The notes under the pieces: generated by a model
Told to the model about the DNA's origin: nothing
What the model saw: the letters and a program-made list of their open reading frames with translations, nothing else
The model's database searches: none
Translations under genes and position numbers: made by a program
Assembly: GCF_004010195.1 (NCBI RefSeq)
Contig: NC_057758.1
Span: forward strand, 6,255,829 to 6,318,914
Direction: 5' to 3'
From: Chiloscyllium plagiosum
Taxonomy: Eukaryota
Length of the DNA stretch: 63,086 nt
In this document: positions 1 to 12,559 of the stretch, piece after piece
Position numbering within the stretch: position 1 is the first letter of the stretch
Layout of the letters: each line of letters opens with the position of its first letter

Positions 1-559
1 TCCTGAAACGAAAGTGTTTCAGTTAATTGTTTCCATATCCAGTCTTTTAGCTTGATCTGATCACTGAGGAGAAATTCGTCTCCAATTCATTGTCATCACC
101 GTGTTGCTCTTAAAGATTTTACAGTAACAGGCAAACGCCTGAGGGATGCTGTGATGCAAGGGAATTGCATCAGTCGTTAATCCGGGAGGACTGGGTTCAT
201 AGCTTAACTCTCCTCATCAGACTTAGGAAGCATAAAGCCAACATTATAAGTTTGGCAATTGTTCGTTTTCTTTTCAGAATTAAGAACGGTTGCTGTTTTC
301 TGGATCCATCATTGGCACGGAGAAAATGATATGTAGTCTGTGTTTAAACTCATTGAAATTTTGCAGGGAATGATGCGGTCGTTACTTTGAAAGTGACTGG
401 GAGTTTATGCCAAAACCATCGTTTCTTTTCCCGATGGTTATAATGAGACCTGACTTGTCTTTTACATGTCTGCTTTCAACAGTGAATGGCATGATTAACC
501 GAGCGTTAAGCACGTTACACGAGAGGTCTGACCTGATTGGCTGATCTGAAATCTGTCCG

Positions 560-2890
560 AGATTTGAACAAAAAAACACTCCAAATCGAGAAAAAAAAAG
601 TTAATCGATGATTAACTAATTACCAATTTACTTAACTAAGTAGAGACGGCTGTGCAGGCCATGTACTGTCAGTGTGTGATGTCGGAGATGGCTGATCACA
701 TTTCGATTTGCATTGACCACATCTGCAAAATTGTTCTTTGTTTGAAGGAGTCTGTTTCATTCGATAAGCTGGAATCTGAGCTTCAAACGCTGCAGCATAT
801 CCAGAATCTGAAGGAACACCTGGACAATTTGTTTCAGGAGGAGGTCATATCTGGTAGATGAAGTTTCACAAACTCTGTCGGTGGCCATGAACAGCAAAGT
901 GTGGCTGCAAGTGAGGGCAGGTAGTGGGCTTCATTTAGAGGAATCCAACTATAAGTATAAGAATTTAAGGATCAGGCAAGGCTCTAAAGGGTTGCAAGAC
1001 AGCCAGAAATGAACTGAAAACTGCACTCAAGACTGTTGGAAGAGGCATAGGAAGGCTTTAGTGGGAAGCATTGGGCAAATCCCTAAGGCATTCTATACGT
1101 ATGCGAGGAGCAGGAAAATGCCCGGAGTGAGTATAGAACGAAATACAGTCAGTGGAGGAAACTTGTGCCTGTCATTGGAGGAGGTAGGGGAGGTACTTAA
1201 TGAATATTTTTCTTCAGTATTCACTACTCAGACGGACCTTGATGTTTTTGAGGACAGCGTAGAACAGGCTGACATGCTCGAAAAAGTTGATGATATGAGT
1301 GAGGATGTGCTTAAATATATAAAATAAGCAAAATGATAAAGGAAAACGGCAGTGTGGAGTTCCCTGGGCCAGTTGAGATAAACCCAAAGGTTACTACCGG
1401 AAGGAAGGGACGAGATTGTTGCGCCTTTGGCGATGATTTTTGCTTTCTTTCAATCACCTGGAGTTGTGCCAGATCAGTAGAAGCTGAAAAAAATCATATC
1501 TTTGTTTAAGAAAGGGAATATGGATAGTCTTGAGAATTATGTCTCCAGTCGGTGAAATGTTGGTGTGGATTCTGTGAAAAAAGATGTATCATAATTTGGA
1601 AACTCATAGTTTGATTAGAGATAGTCAGTAGGCTTTGTGAGCGGCAGATTATGTCTCATAAGCCTTATTGAATTGCGTGAGGATGTCACAAAACACACTG
1701 ACGAACGTGGAGTAGTCGATGTGGTGCAAATTGATTTAGTAATGCTATTGATAGTTTTTCCCATGGTAGGCTCATTCAGCAGGTGAGGAGGCGTGAGATA
1801 CAGGGAAGTATGGCTGTCTGGATACAGACTTGACTGACCCATAGAAGAGAGAGTGTGGTTGTAAATGGAAATCATTCAGACTGGAGCCCATTGACCATAG
1901 GTGTCCCATTGGGTTCTGATCCACGTCCTCTGACTTTTGTGATATTTATACATGAATGACGAACTGGTAGGATGGGGCGAGTGATTTTGCCGATGGCATG
2001 AAGATTTTGAAGTGGTAGATCGTGAGGAGGGAATTTGTTGGGTGTAACAGGACCTTGACATGATAAAGACCTGGGGTGAGAAGTGACAGATTGACTTCAA
2101 GCTGTCAAAGTGTGAAGTCGTTCATTTTGGAAATTCGAAATTTAATGCAAAATACGGGGTTGAGGCAGGAAAATGGCAGTGTGGAGGAACATAGAGATTT
2201 TGGTGTCCACGTTCACGGATTGTTCAAAGTCGCCACCCTTGTTGATGGGCTTGTTCAGAAGGTGTATTGTGTACTTTCTTTCATTATCGATATTGTGTTT
2301 TAAAGCTTTAAGTTTATGCTCCAGCTGTATAGTACACTAGGAAGACCACACTTCGAATATTGTGGTCAGTTCTGGTTTCCTCATTACCGGAAAATTGTTG
2401 AAGCTTCAGAGAGAGCACAGAGGAGATTTGCCAGGATGATGCCGAGACTGGATGGCATGTCTTATGAAGAACGTTTGAGGGGGTTATGACTTTTCTCATT
2501 GGAGTAAAGAAAGATGAGAGGTGATTTGGTCGAGGCGTACAGAGGTGATGAGAGGCATAGATAGAGTGAATAGGTAGAGATATATTCAAAGGGCAGAAAT
2601 ACTTATCACAAGTGGGTAATTTTAAGGTGATTGGAAGAAGGTTCAGAGTAGACACCAGAGGTCAGTTCTTTTCACAGAGTGTAGTGAGTGCGTGGAATGC
2701 ACTGCCAACGTTGATGATAGATTCAGATACACGAGGGACATGTAATAGTCTGTTGGATAGGCACATGGATGATCGCAAAATAAAGGCAATGTCAGTTAGT
2801 TTGATCTCAGAAAAGGAAAGACGTTCGGCACAGCTTCGAGAGCCAAATGGCTGACTTTGCTTAACAGTTCTGTGTTCTATATTCCATGTT
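560..2890 (+). mobile_element. CR1-clade LINE, internally deleted and decayed
   Basis: 652-861 encodes a CR1 ORF1 zinc-finger/leucine-zipper-like N-terminus (YCQCVM..DHICKI..DKLESELQTLQHI). Frameshifted ORF2 remnants follow (FYTYARSRK, EVLNEYFSSVFT, RGQFFSQSVVSAWNALP). The copy ends in a TGTGTTCTATATTCCATG tail near 2870-2890. Confidence 0.85.
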
Positions 2891-2955
2891 CAGCTGTTAA
2901 CGTTGTCCAAAGGTATTGGTACCCACTCTTTACAATAGACAATAGACAATAGGTG

Positions 2956-3210
2956 CAGGAGTAGGCCATTCTGCCCTTCGAGCCTGCACCACCATTCAAT
3001 ATGATCATGGCTGATCATTCTTGATTAGTATCCTTATATCCATAGCCCTTGATTCCACTATCATTGAGAGCTCTATCCAGGAGTAGGCCATTCTGCCCTT
3101 CGAGCCTGCACCACCATTCAATATGATCATGGCTGATCATTCTTGATTAGTATCCTGTTCCTGCCTTACATCCATAGCCCTTGATTCCACTATCATTGAG
3201 AGCTGTATCC
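2956..3210. repeat. Tandem duplication (122 bp + about 133 bp) in a CR1 3' UTR
   Basis: CAGGAGTAGGCCATTCTGCCC starts at 2956 and again at 3078. The first copy lacks about 11 bp present in the second. Confidence 0.9.
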
Positions 3211-4633
3211 AACTCTTTCTTAAATGAATCCAGAGACTGGGCCTCAACTGCCCTCTGGGGCAGATCATTCCATACAGCCACCACTCTCTGGGATAAGACG
3301 TTTCTCCTCATCTGTGTCCTAAGTGGTCTACCCCGTATTTTTATGCTGTGTCCTCTGGTTCGGCACTCACCCATCAGCGGAAACATGTTTCCTGCCTCCA
3401 GAGGGTCCAATCCTTTAATAATCTTGTATGTCTCAATCATATCCCCTCTCAGTCTTCTAAACTCAAGGTTATACAAGCCCAGTCGCTCCAGTCTTTCAGT
3501 ATAAGGTAATCCCGCCATTCCAGGAATTGAACTCGTGAACCTACGCTGCACTCCCTCAATAGCTAGAATGTCTTTCTTCAAATTTGGAGACCAGAACTGC
3601 ACACAGTACTCCAGGTGTGGTGTTACCAGGGCCCTGTGCAGCTGCAGAAGAACGTCTTTGCTTCCATACTCACTCCCTCTTGTTATGAAGGCCAGCATGC
3701 TATTAGCCTTCTTCGCTACCTACTGTACCTGCATGCTTCACCTAACTTGTCCAGGTCACCCTGTAATTTCCTAACATCCTCATCACATTTCACCGTGCCA
3801 CCCAACTTAGTATGATCAGCAAATGTGCTAATTTTATTACTAATACCATCTTCTATATCATTAACATATATTGTAAAAAGCTGCGGTCCCAGTACTGATC
3901 CCTGCGGTACCCCACTGATCACTGCCTGCCATTCTGAAATGGGGCTGTTTATCACTATTCATTGTTTCCTATCAGTCAACCAACTTTCAATCCAAGTTAG
4001 TACTTTGCCTCCAATACCATGCGCCCTAATTATGCTCACTAACCTCCTATGTGGGACTTTATCAAGAGCTTTCTGAAAGTCCAGGTACACTACATCTACT
4101 GGATCTCCCTCATCCATCTTCAGAATTGCATCCTCAAAAGATTCCAGAAGATTAGTCAAGCATGATTTCCGCTTCATAAATCCATGCTGACTCTGACCTA
4201 TCCTGGTACTACTATCCATAATTTGATCATTTATAATAGACTCCAGCATCTTTCCCAGCACTGAGGTCAGACTAACTGGTCTATAATTTCCTGTTTTCTC
4301 TCTCCCACCTTTCTTAAAAAGTGGTATAACATTAGCCAACCTCCAATTCGCAGGCACTGATCCCGAATCTTTCGAACTCTTGAAAATAATCACCAACGCA
4401 TCCATGATTTCTCGAGCCACCTCCTTCAGTATCCTGGGATGTAGACCATCAGGCCCCGGGGACTTTTCAACCTTCAGACCTAACAGTCTCTCCAACACCA
4501 ACTCCGGGCAAATGTAAATTCTCTTCAGTTCAGGTCCTTCAGCCACTGTTATGTCAGGGAGATTGCATGTGTCTTCCCCAGTGAACAGAGATCTGGAGTA
4601 CCAATTCAATTCTTCTGCTATTTCTTTGTTCCC

Positions 4634-5034
4634 CTTAATAAATTGCCCTGTTTCTGTCTTCAAGGGCCCAATTTTATTCTTAATCATTTTCTTGCCTTTC
4701 ACATACCTTAAAAAAAACTTTTACAATCCTCCTTTATCTTATTGGCCAGTTTACCTTCGTGCCTTTTTTTTTTCTCTGTGTATTTCCTTTTTTGTAATCC
4801 TCTGTTGTTCTTTAAAAGCTTCCCAGTCCTCCGCTTAATAAATTGCCCTGTTTCTGTCTTCAAGGGCCCAATTTTATTCTTAATCATTTTCTTGCCTTTC
4901 ACATACCTTAAAAAAAACTTTTACTATCCTCCTTTATCTTATTGGCCAGTTTACCTTCGTGCCTCAGTTTTTTCTCTGTGTATTTCCTTTTTTTGTAATC
5001 CTCTGTTGTTCTTTAAAAGCTTCCCAGTCCTCCG
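4634..5034. repeat. Tandem duplication, 200-bp period, inside CR1 ORF2
   Basis: CTTAATAAATTGCCCTG occurs at 4634 and 4834 in near-identical copies. The ORF track shows MKGKKMIKNKIGPLKTETGQFIK twice. Confidence 0.92.
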
Positions 5035-6124
5035 TTTTCCCAATTATCTTTGCTTTGTTAAACTTTTACTCTTTTAACTTTATATGTTTCTTAAATTCTC
5101 TCGTCAGCCACGGCCACCCATGCCTCCTCCTCGGATATTTCTTCCTTGTTGTAATGAACTGATTCTGCAACTTCTGCATTATACACAGAAATATCCGCCC
5201 TTGTTCCTCCACTCTCATCCCTGCTGAGGTATTGCACCATTGAACTTTGGCCAGCTCCTACCTCATAGCTCCATAGTTCCCTTTATTCAACTGAAAAATT
5301 GTCACTTTCGATTGTACCCTCTCCCTCTCAAATTGCAGATTGAAGATTATTGTATTATGGTCACTACTTCCCAATGGCTCCTTCACTTCGAGGTCCCTGA
5401 CCAATTCTGGTTCGTTGCACAATACCAGATTCAGAATTGTCTTCTCCCTGGTCGGCTCCAGCACCAGCTGTTATAAGATTCCATCTCTGAGGCACTCCAC
5501 AAAGTCTCTTTCTTGAGGTCGAATACCATCCTGATTCTCCCAGTCTACCTGCACGTTGAAATCCCCCATAACAACTGTAGTAACATTTTTGTGACAGGCC
5601 AATTTCAGCTCCTGAATTAACTTACATCCGACATCCAGACTACTGCTTGGGTGCCTGTCGATAACTCCCAAGAGAGTCTGTTTACCCTTCGTATTTCTCA
5701 GCTCTATCCACACTGACACACCCACTCAAGTAACAATCATTTCCCTTCCCGACCCGCTTTGCGCCCTGCCTTCACTTCCGCCCAGCTCCCGCCGCTCTCT
5801 GATGTGAAAAGATAGTTGGCGTCGAGGTAAGTTTTAAATAAATATGGCTTACTGTCCTGATCGGCTTTGCGCTCTGCCTTCACTTCCGCCCAGCCCCCGC
5901 CCCACTCTGATGCGAAAAGACCGCTGGCGTCGAGGAAAAATCTTAAATAACAATCACTTACCTTCCCGACCGGGAAGGTCTGTATGTGTAGAACAATCAC
6001 TTTCCTTCCCGACCGGCTTTGTCTTTGTCTGTATGAGTAGAGAAGATGCAGGATGGATGAGCCAGTGGAGTATGGCACAGTCAGAAAGGAGGCCATTCAA
6101 CTTGGGGGAGTATAAAGACACGTG

Positions 6125-6888
6125 GAAAGATTTGAATTATAAAATACAAGCAAGTTTGCTGATGACACTAAAATAGGAGGCATGGTGGAGAGCGAGGAAG
6201 GTTATCAGGAATGGCTCCCGGATCTTGATCAGCTGGAGAAGTGCGCCGAGAAATTGGTAATGGAGTTTAATGTCAATATGTGTGGCTTTTCGTGAGTGTG
6301 TGGTCTTGCATTTTGGAAAGTCAAATCATGATTGGACTGTCATGTGAATGGCAGGGCCTTCTGGAGTGTACAGCAATAGAGGGATTTAGAGTTCTGTTTC
6401 ACAGTTCTCTGAAAGTGGAGTCAAAGGTAGACAGGGCAGTGAAGAAGGCTTTTAAGACAATGACCTTCATCAGGCAGGGCATTCAGTATTGGTATTAGGG
6501 AGTTTTGCAGTTATATAGTACGTTGATGAATCTAACACTGAAGTATAGTGTTCAGTTTTGGTCTTCTTCTGTGGGATCGGCGTTGTGAAACTGGAAAGAG
6601 TGCAGGGGCAATTTTCAGGAATGTTGCCTGGACTCAATGGTCTGGTGTATCGGAACACGCGAGGACTTCTTTTCTTCAGAGTATCGGAGAGTGTTGGGGT
6701 ATCATACGCATGTGAAAAAATCATAAGCTGCATGGAGCTGATGGATGCACTCAGTCTTTCTTGCGGGGTTCAGGAATTGAGGACGAGATGGCATCAGCTT
6801 AAGGTTAGTGGGGAAATAATAAAAGGAAATCTGAGGAGCAACCGTTTCACACGGATGGTGATACACATGTGGAATGAGCTGCCATTCT
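6125..6888 (+). mobile_element. CR1 LINE 3' ORF2 fragment
   Basis: KFADDTKIGG at about 6151-6180, LERVQGQFSGMLPGL and FTRMVIHMWNELP. Confidence 0.8.
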
Positions 6889-8090
6889 ATGACTTTATGA
6901 TAGTTGCAGGGGATTCCAAATTAAGAGGAATGATAGTACCCTTTGTAAGCAGTATTGAGAGTCCCGCGTGCTGTGTTGCTATTCCGATGCCAGCGTGCGG
7001 GACATCATCGACTGCCTCGGAAGGATATTGGACAGGAAGGGTAACGATCCAATTTTCATGGTCCACGTCTATGCAAATAACAACGGCAAGACTAGGAAAA
7101 AGGATCTGTTCAGACATTATCAGGAGGGACGAACCAATTTAAAGAACAGATCCTCAATGGGCATAATTTCTGGATTCCTGACCAAGTCATTTGCAAATTG
7201 GCGTAGAGATAGGTGAATAAGGGAAGTAACATGCCGCCAATAGAGCAGAGCAGGAAAGAGGGCTTCCTTTTCATGAAGCAGTGGCATCAGTATTGGAAAA
7301 AGAGGGATCTTTACCATTGGGACTTTGAAGACCAGAACTGATTTGGAGCAAGGATTCTGGCGAAAAAGGTTAATCGGGTGGTCAACAGTACATCAAACTA
7401 GGAATTCGTGCAAAGAGGAAAACTCCAAGAAGTCTAATAAGCAATGCGGTGAAAATCTGCAGGTAAACAGTTATAAGGCTCGTTTCTGAATTGAAAATAA
7501 TATTACAAAAATGAAAAGAAAGGATAGCTCAGTAAAACTTATTTAAGTCTCCAGTACAAAATATTGTGCAAAATATTTGCAACATGAAGAAAAAACTACT
7601 CAGTAACAGATACAGCAAACGTTCATCGCGAAGGAAAAGACACATACTAAATGGAGGATGAGACAACTATGGCTGACCATGGAAGTCAGCCACAGCAGAA
7701 AAGTAAAGGAGAAAGCATATCATCTGGCAAAGTGGAGTAGGAAATTAACGGAATGGGAAGCCGACAATGATGAACATCGGACAATGAACTAAGAAATAAG
7801 TTGGTGGAAAATTAAATATAAGCAAGACTATAGTATTAAGGAAGATTGCAAGAGTTTCTGTCGATATTAAAGGAAAGAAAATGATTGGCAAAAGCTGGAA
7901 TACAATGTGGAAAACTGGTAATGGGGCACAAAGAAAAGGCTGAAGTAGTTAATGAGTAGTTTGTGTCAGTCTTCACGGTGAGAGACACAAGTAACATCCA
8001 AAGGAATCGCGAGACCTAATGGTCAGAAATGAGTACGGCGTCCATTGTAAAGGAGAAGAGGCCAGAACAACTGAAAGGTCTGAAAGTTAA

Positions 8091-8948
8091 TACATCAACT
8101 CAGTCATTCCTCCCACAGTCCAAAGATGTGCAGGTCAGGTGAATTGGCCATGCTAAATTGCCCGTAGTGTTGGGTAAGGGGTAAATGTAGGGGTATGGGT
8201 GGGTTACGCTTCGGCGGGTCGGTGTGGACTTGTTGGGCCGAAGGGCCTGTTTCCACACTGTAAAGTAATCTAATCTAATCTAATCTAATCACCCTCAAGT
8301 TCTGGCAGAGTTAACTGAGGAGATAGTGGACGATACAGTAGAGAAACTTTTGGTTTCACTGGAGACATGGTGGAGGATCCCAGAGGTCTGGAAAATTGCT
8401 AATGTAATTCCCCCCAACCAAATAGAAGAATAGACTTCGGCAAAAGTTTGGAAATTACAGGCCGATTAGACAACTGTAGTCATTGTTAACATTGTTAACA
8501 GTTCATTGCGAAGGATGAGATTTCTGATTACTTGGAAGTGCTGAGTAAAATATGGCAATGTTAACAATGGTTTCATCAAAGCAAAGTCATGCTTGACAAA
8601 ACTGTTACATCAACTCAGTCAGATGGGCTACACTCTCAAGTTCTGGCAGAGATAACTGAGGAGATAGTGGACGATACAGTAAAGAAACTTTTGGTTTCAC
8701 TGGGGACATGGTGGAGGATCCCAGAGGTCTGGAAAATTGCTAATGTAATTCCCCCCAACCAAATAGAAGAATAGACTTCGGCAAAAGATTGTAAATTACA
8801 GGCCGATTAGACAACTGTAGTCATTGTTAACATTGTTAACAGTTCATTGCGAAGGATGAGATTTCTGATTACTTGGAAATGCTTAGTAAAATATGGCAAT
8901 GTTAACAATGGTTTCATCAAAGTAAAGTCATGCTTGACAAAACTGTTA
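8091..8948. repeat. Tandem duplication of about 343 bp; first copy carries the SINE
   Basis: TACATCAACTCAGTCA occurs at 8091 and 8606, and both units end GCTTGACAAAACTGTTA. Confidence 0.88.
8107..8290 (+). mobile_element. HE1-like V-SINE, 5'-truncated
   Basis: TTCCTCCCACAGTCCAAAGATGTGCAGGTCAGGTGAATTGGCCATGCTAAATTGCC (end of the V-domain), a LINE-like 3' end GGGCCGAAGGGCCTGTTTCCACACTG, and a (TAATC)n tail. Confidence 0.9.
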
Positions 8949-9130
8949 GAATTCTTTAAACTGGCAACGAGCAGGTTATATCAACGAGTGGCAATAAACG
9001 TGAGCTGTCTAGACTTATGCAAAGACATTTGATAAAGTGTTACACAGGAGGCTGCTGAGTAATATGGCGTTACGAGCATGGACACATGCCTGGCTGCCTC
9101 TCAGAAGTCAAAGAGTGGAGATAAGAATGT

Positions 9131-9741
9131 ACAAATCACAGAACACCAAGCTATAGTCTAACAGGCTTATTTGGAAGCGCTAGCTCTGGTTGTGCTGCTC
9201 CTTCTTCAGATGATTCTGGAGAATATGATTGCATGACATAGAATTTAACGCAAAACATTACAGTGTGATGTAACTGAAATTATATATTGAAAAAGACCTG
9301 GAATATTTGTTAAGTCTCTCATCTTTTAGAATGATCATGTCGGTTTCAATTCGTTCATGTGTAAATCGCAAAACGATTTTTTTAAAAAGTTACCTTCCCA
9401 AGTGTACAATAACAATTGGTGTCATGTCGGCCCAGATAATGTATTGAAGGGGTTAGCTCCCTTTGAGTCTGTCTCCAATCGAAAAATAACGGATTTACCG
9501 AATTTTACATGGATTCATGCAGTTTTAGAACAAAGTAAAATGTAATTCTGCAAGTACAAATTCAATCCAAAAACTTATATGTGTATATGTGCATGCAGCT
9601 GTATGTGGGGTAAAGGCTGGGGCTGACTATGAGTGTCTGTGTGAGAGTATGTGCACGTGTGTAACTGTGGGTGCAAAGGTGTTTAAGACTGTGAGGGGCG
9701 TGTGTCGGAGTGTAGACGTGAGTATATGAGAGAGAGACTGA

Positions 9742-9773
<32 letters not shown>

Positions 9774-10330
9774 CTGTCTGTCTGTCTGTGTCTCGAGTGC
9801 AATGGGGGCACCTGTCGTGTGACATGAACCCAAGGTCCCGGTTGAGGCCATCCCCATTGGTGCCAAATTTGCCTATCAGCTTCTGCTCAGCCACTTTTCG
9901 TTATTGCCATGCCGAAGTCCGCCTTGGAGGATGGTCACCCGAAGTTCCGAGGTCGAATGTCCCAGACTGCTGAAGTGTTCTCCGACTGGGAGGGAACACT
10001 CCTGTCTGTTGGTTGTTCGACGGTGTACATTCAGATGTTGTAGTAGCCTTTGTTTGGTCTCGCCAAGACAGTCCCCATACTTCTTCTTCTCGCGTTTGCA
10101 CAGCCACCAAACCTCAAACAGATCATTGTTCATATCAAACCACTCGGCATTCAGGACAATACCATACAACCCTGTCACGGTAGATGCCTGTCACATGTCA
10201 GAATGCCCACACAGATACCACCATTACGCGTGGGGACACCTCTAACCATGAACGTGGCAGGTGATCACGTCACTCATCCAACGTTGTCTCTCTCATACGC
10301 TGCAGGAAGGATGCTCTGAGGTATGGTATG
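9131..10330 (-). mobile_element. Penelope-like element (GIY-YIG end), with inverted 5' segment
   Basis: The minus strand reads LGETKQRL..SLPVGEHFSSLGHS..EQKLIGKFGT..GLNRDLGFMSH. Plus-strand 10081-10330 reads LLAFAQPPNLKQIIV..GCSEVWY. AGAATGT flanks both ends (9124-9130 and 10331-10337). Confidence 0.85.
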
Positions 10331-10399
10331 AGAATGTTAGCTTCGAGCAAACAATGTGCCTAATTACCCCAGTAACTTTTGCTAATATAATAAAAATCA

Positions 10400-12030
10400 T
10401 GGAAAATCCAATGTGGCCATTTACGGCCGCATTATTCTATTTTTGATCATCAGTAACGTGATGGAAGGTGTCATTAATATTCCAACAGGCGGTACCTGCT
10501 CAACAAAACCTGCTTGGTGACGCCGAGTTTGGATTCCACCAGGGTCACTTAGCTCTTGGCATCATTACAGGCTGGCTCAGAGTCGGGCAAGACAACTGAT
10601 TTCCAGAGGGGAGATGAGAGTGACAACCTTTGATGTTAAGGCTGCATTCGATTGAGTATCTCATCAAGGGGACCTGGCAAAAATGGAATCAAATGGAATC
10701 CAGTGAAACATCTCTGATGGTTAGAGTTATTCGTGAGACTGAGGAAACTGTTCGTGATTGTTGCAGGTCAGTCATCTCAGCTCCAGGACACATCTGCAGT
10801 AATGCGCAAGATAGTGTCCTGTGCCCAACCATCTTCTGGTGCATAATCAATGTCCTTGCCTGCAGCACAATGTCACATTTGGAATATTCACCAAACAATG
10901 CACAATGTTCAGCACCGTTCAGATACTGAAGGAGTCCAATTACAACAAGGTCAAGAAAATAATTGGGTATAGGGTGAGAAGTCATAAGTAGCATTTCCAC
11001 TACATAAATGCCAGGTTCGAACCATCACCAATCAGAGACAACCCAAACAAAGCCCATTTGTGCTCAATGGTGTTAACATCACTGAATCACTGACTGTCAA
11101 CATCCGGAGGTTATCACTGACCAGAACCAGAAGGTGACTCACCACTTAAACAAAACGGCTGTAAGAACAAGCCAGAAATGATTAATACAAGCCAGAAGCG
11201 GCGAATGCAAGCCAAAAGCGGCGAGTAGCTTACTCCGTGATTCCCTAAAGCCTGTCCAAAACCTACAAGTCACAAGTCAGGAGTGTGATGGATTACGCCC
11301 GACGTGCCTGGATAGATGCAGCTCCCAAAACACGTAAAATGCTTGACAATATCAGGACAAATCAGGACGCTTAATTGGTACTATATCCGCAAGCATTCAC
11401 TCCCTTCACCAACGAATCTCATCAGCATCAATGTGTACTTTCAACAAAGACACTGTAGAAATTCACCAAATATCCTCAGACGCACCATCCAAACACACGG
11501 GCACATCAATCGAAAGGAACAAGGGAGGCAGATATATGAGAACACCGCCACTTCTAAGTTTCTACCCGAGCCACGAACCATTCTGAATTAGAAGTATTGT
11601 GCCGTTCCTTCATTTGGACCCGAGCTATGTACAATCCACATTAACGATTTCAATACAGAAATAGAAGGGTCTATAGACAAATTTGCGGACAACAGAAAAA
11701 TGGACGGGATAATAAATTGCAAGGAGGAAATAAAACCTTACAAATGAATATAGATAGATGAGGAGAGTGGGCCAAAATGTTGTCGATGAAGTTTAACGTG
11801 AATAAGTGCGGGGTCATGAATTTGGGTCGAAAATTGTTTAGGCGAGTTATTATTGTTGGATCATAACGTTTTAATTTCGTCCCCATGGCATGGTGGTTCA
11901 ACGCATAGCAGGACTCCAGCGGTTAAAGAGGAAAGCTCACCACCATCTTCTCAAGAATAATTAATGACCTGCAATAAATTCTGTCCATCCCACGATGGAA
12001 CATCCTCCCAATGAATAATGTAAAAAGAAA
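10400..12030 (+). mobile_element. Old CR1-group LINE, 3' half, interrupted by another CR1 fragment (about 11615-11830)
   Basis: Decayed RT remnants (QDSVLCPTIF, YKSQVRSVMDY). The 3' tail GCTCACCACCATCTTCTCAAG..GCAATAAA..AATGAATA is at 11935-12030. Confidence 0.65.
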
Positions 12031-12559
12031 TCTCGAAATAACACCTTACCTTCTTTTCCTGCTGCATTCTGTGCTTCGTGGACATGTAAAACAGTGTCCT
12101 GGTGTTGCAGGTTTCTCCATTTAAATAACATTTTGTTGTTTCGTTCTCCCTTCGAAAATGAACAACTTCACATCATCCCATATTTTGCACCATTTACCTT
12201 TTTTTGACCACTCATCTGAAATATCAGTATCTTTCTATAGCCTGCTTCTGTCCCTTGCATTAACTGCATTTAAACCGATTTGGTAGTCTGCAATTCAGGC
12301 GACAGAACGTTAACTTTCTTGCCCATAGTTATTAATATCATGCAGGTCCCATCTTCTGAAGCTAATCCCTCGCCTGTGGTGTGGTACCTTTTGGTTGAAC
12401 CACTATCAGCTGTCTGCCAATAGTTAAACATTTCTTTTGAGCCGATGACGTTTTCTTCATTGTTTGGCTCTGAAACGGAGCCAGTCGCCGTCCTGTCTGG
12501 CATTCTTTCACAAGCTGCTTGGAAACTGTGTGATCATTGTAGTCCAACAGCTTACTCAC

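Larger units (their letters stand above)
2932..6030 (-). mobile_element. CR1-clade LINE, relatively young deletion derivative lacking ORF1
   Basis: Long minus-strand ORF2 fragments: [74 protein letters not shown]. Endonuclease fragments include VVMGDFN and SSDHN. The (ATTGTCT)n tail is at 2932-2951 and the 5' UTR monomers are at 5735-6025. Confidence 0.92.
6890..9120 (+). mobile_element. CR1 LINE fragment(s): ORF1 esterase region and ORF2 remnants
   Basis: IVAGDSKLRG and VRDIIDCLGRILDRKGNDPIFMVHVYANN resemble the SGNH-esterase ORF1. They are followed by IPEVWKIANVIP and GFIKVKSCLTKLLEFF from ORF2. Confidence 0.75.
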
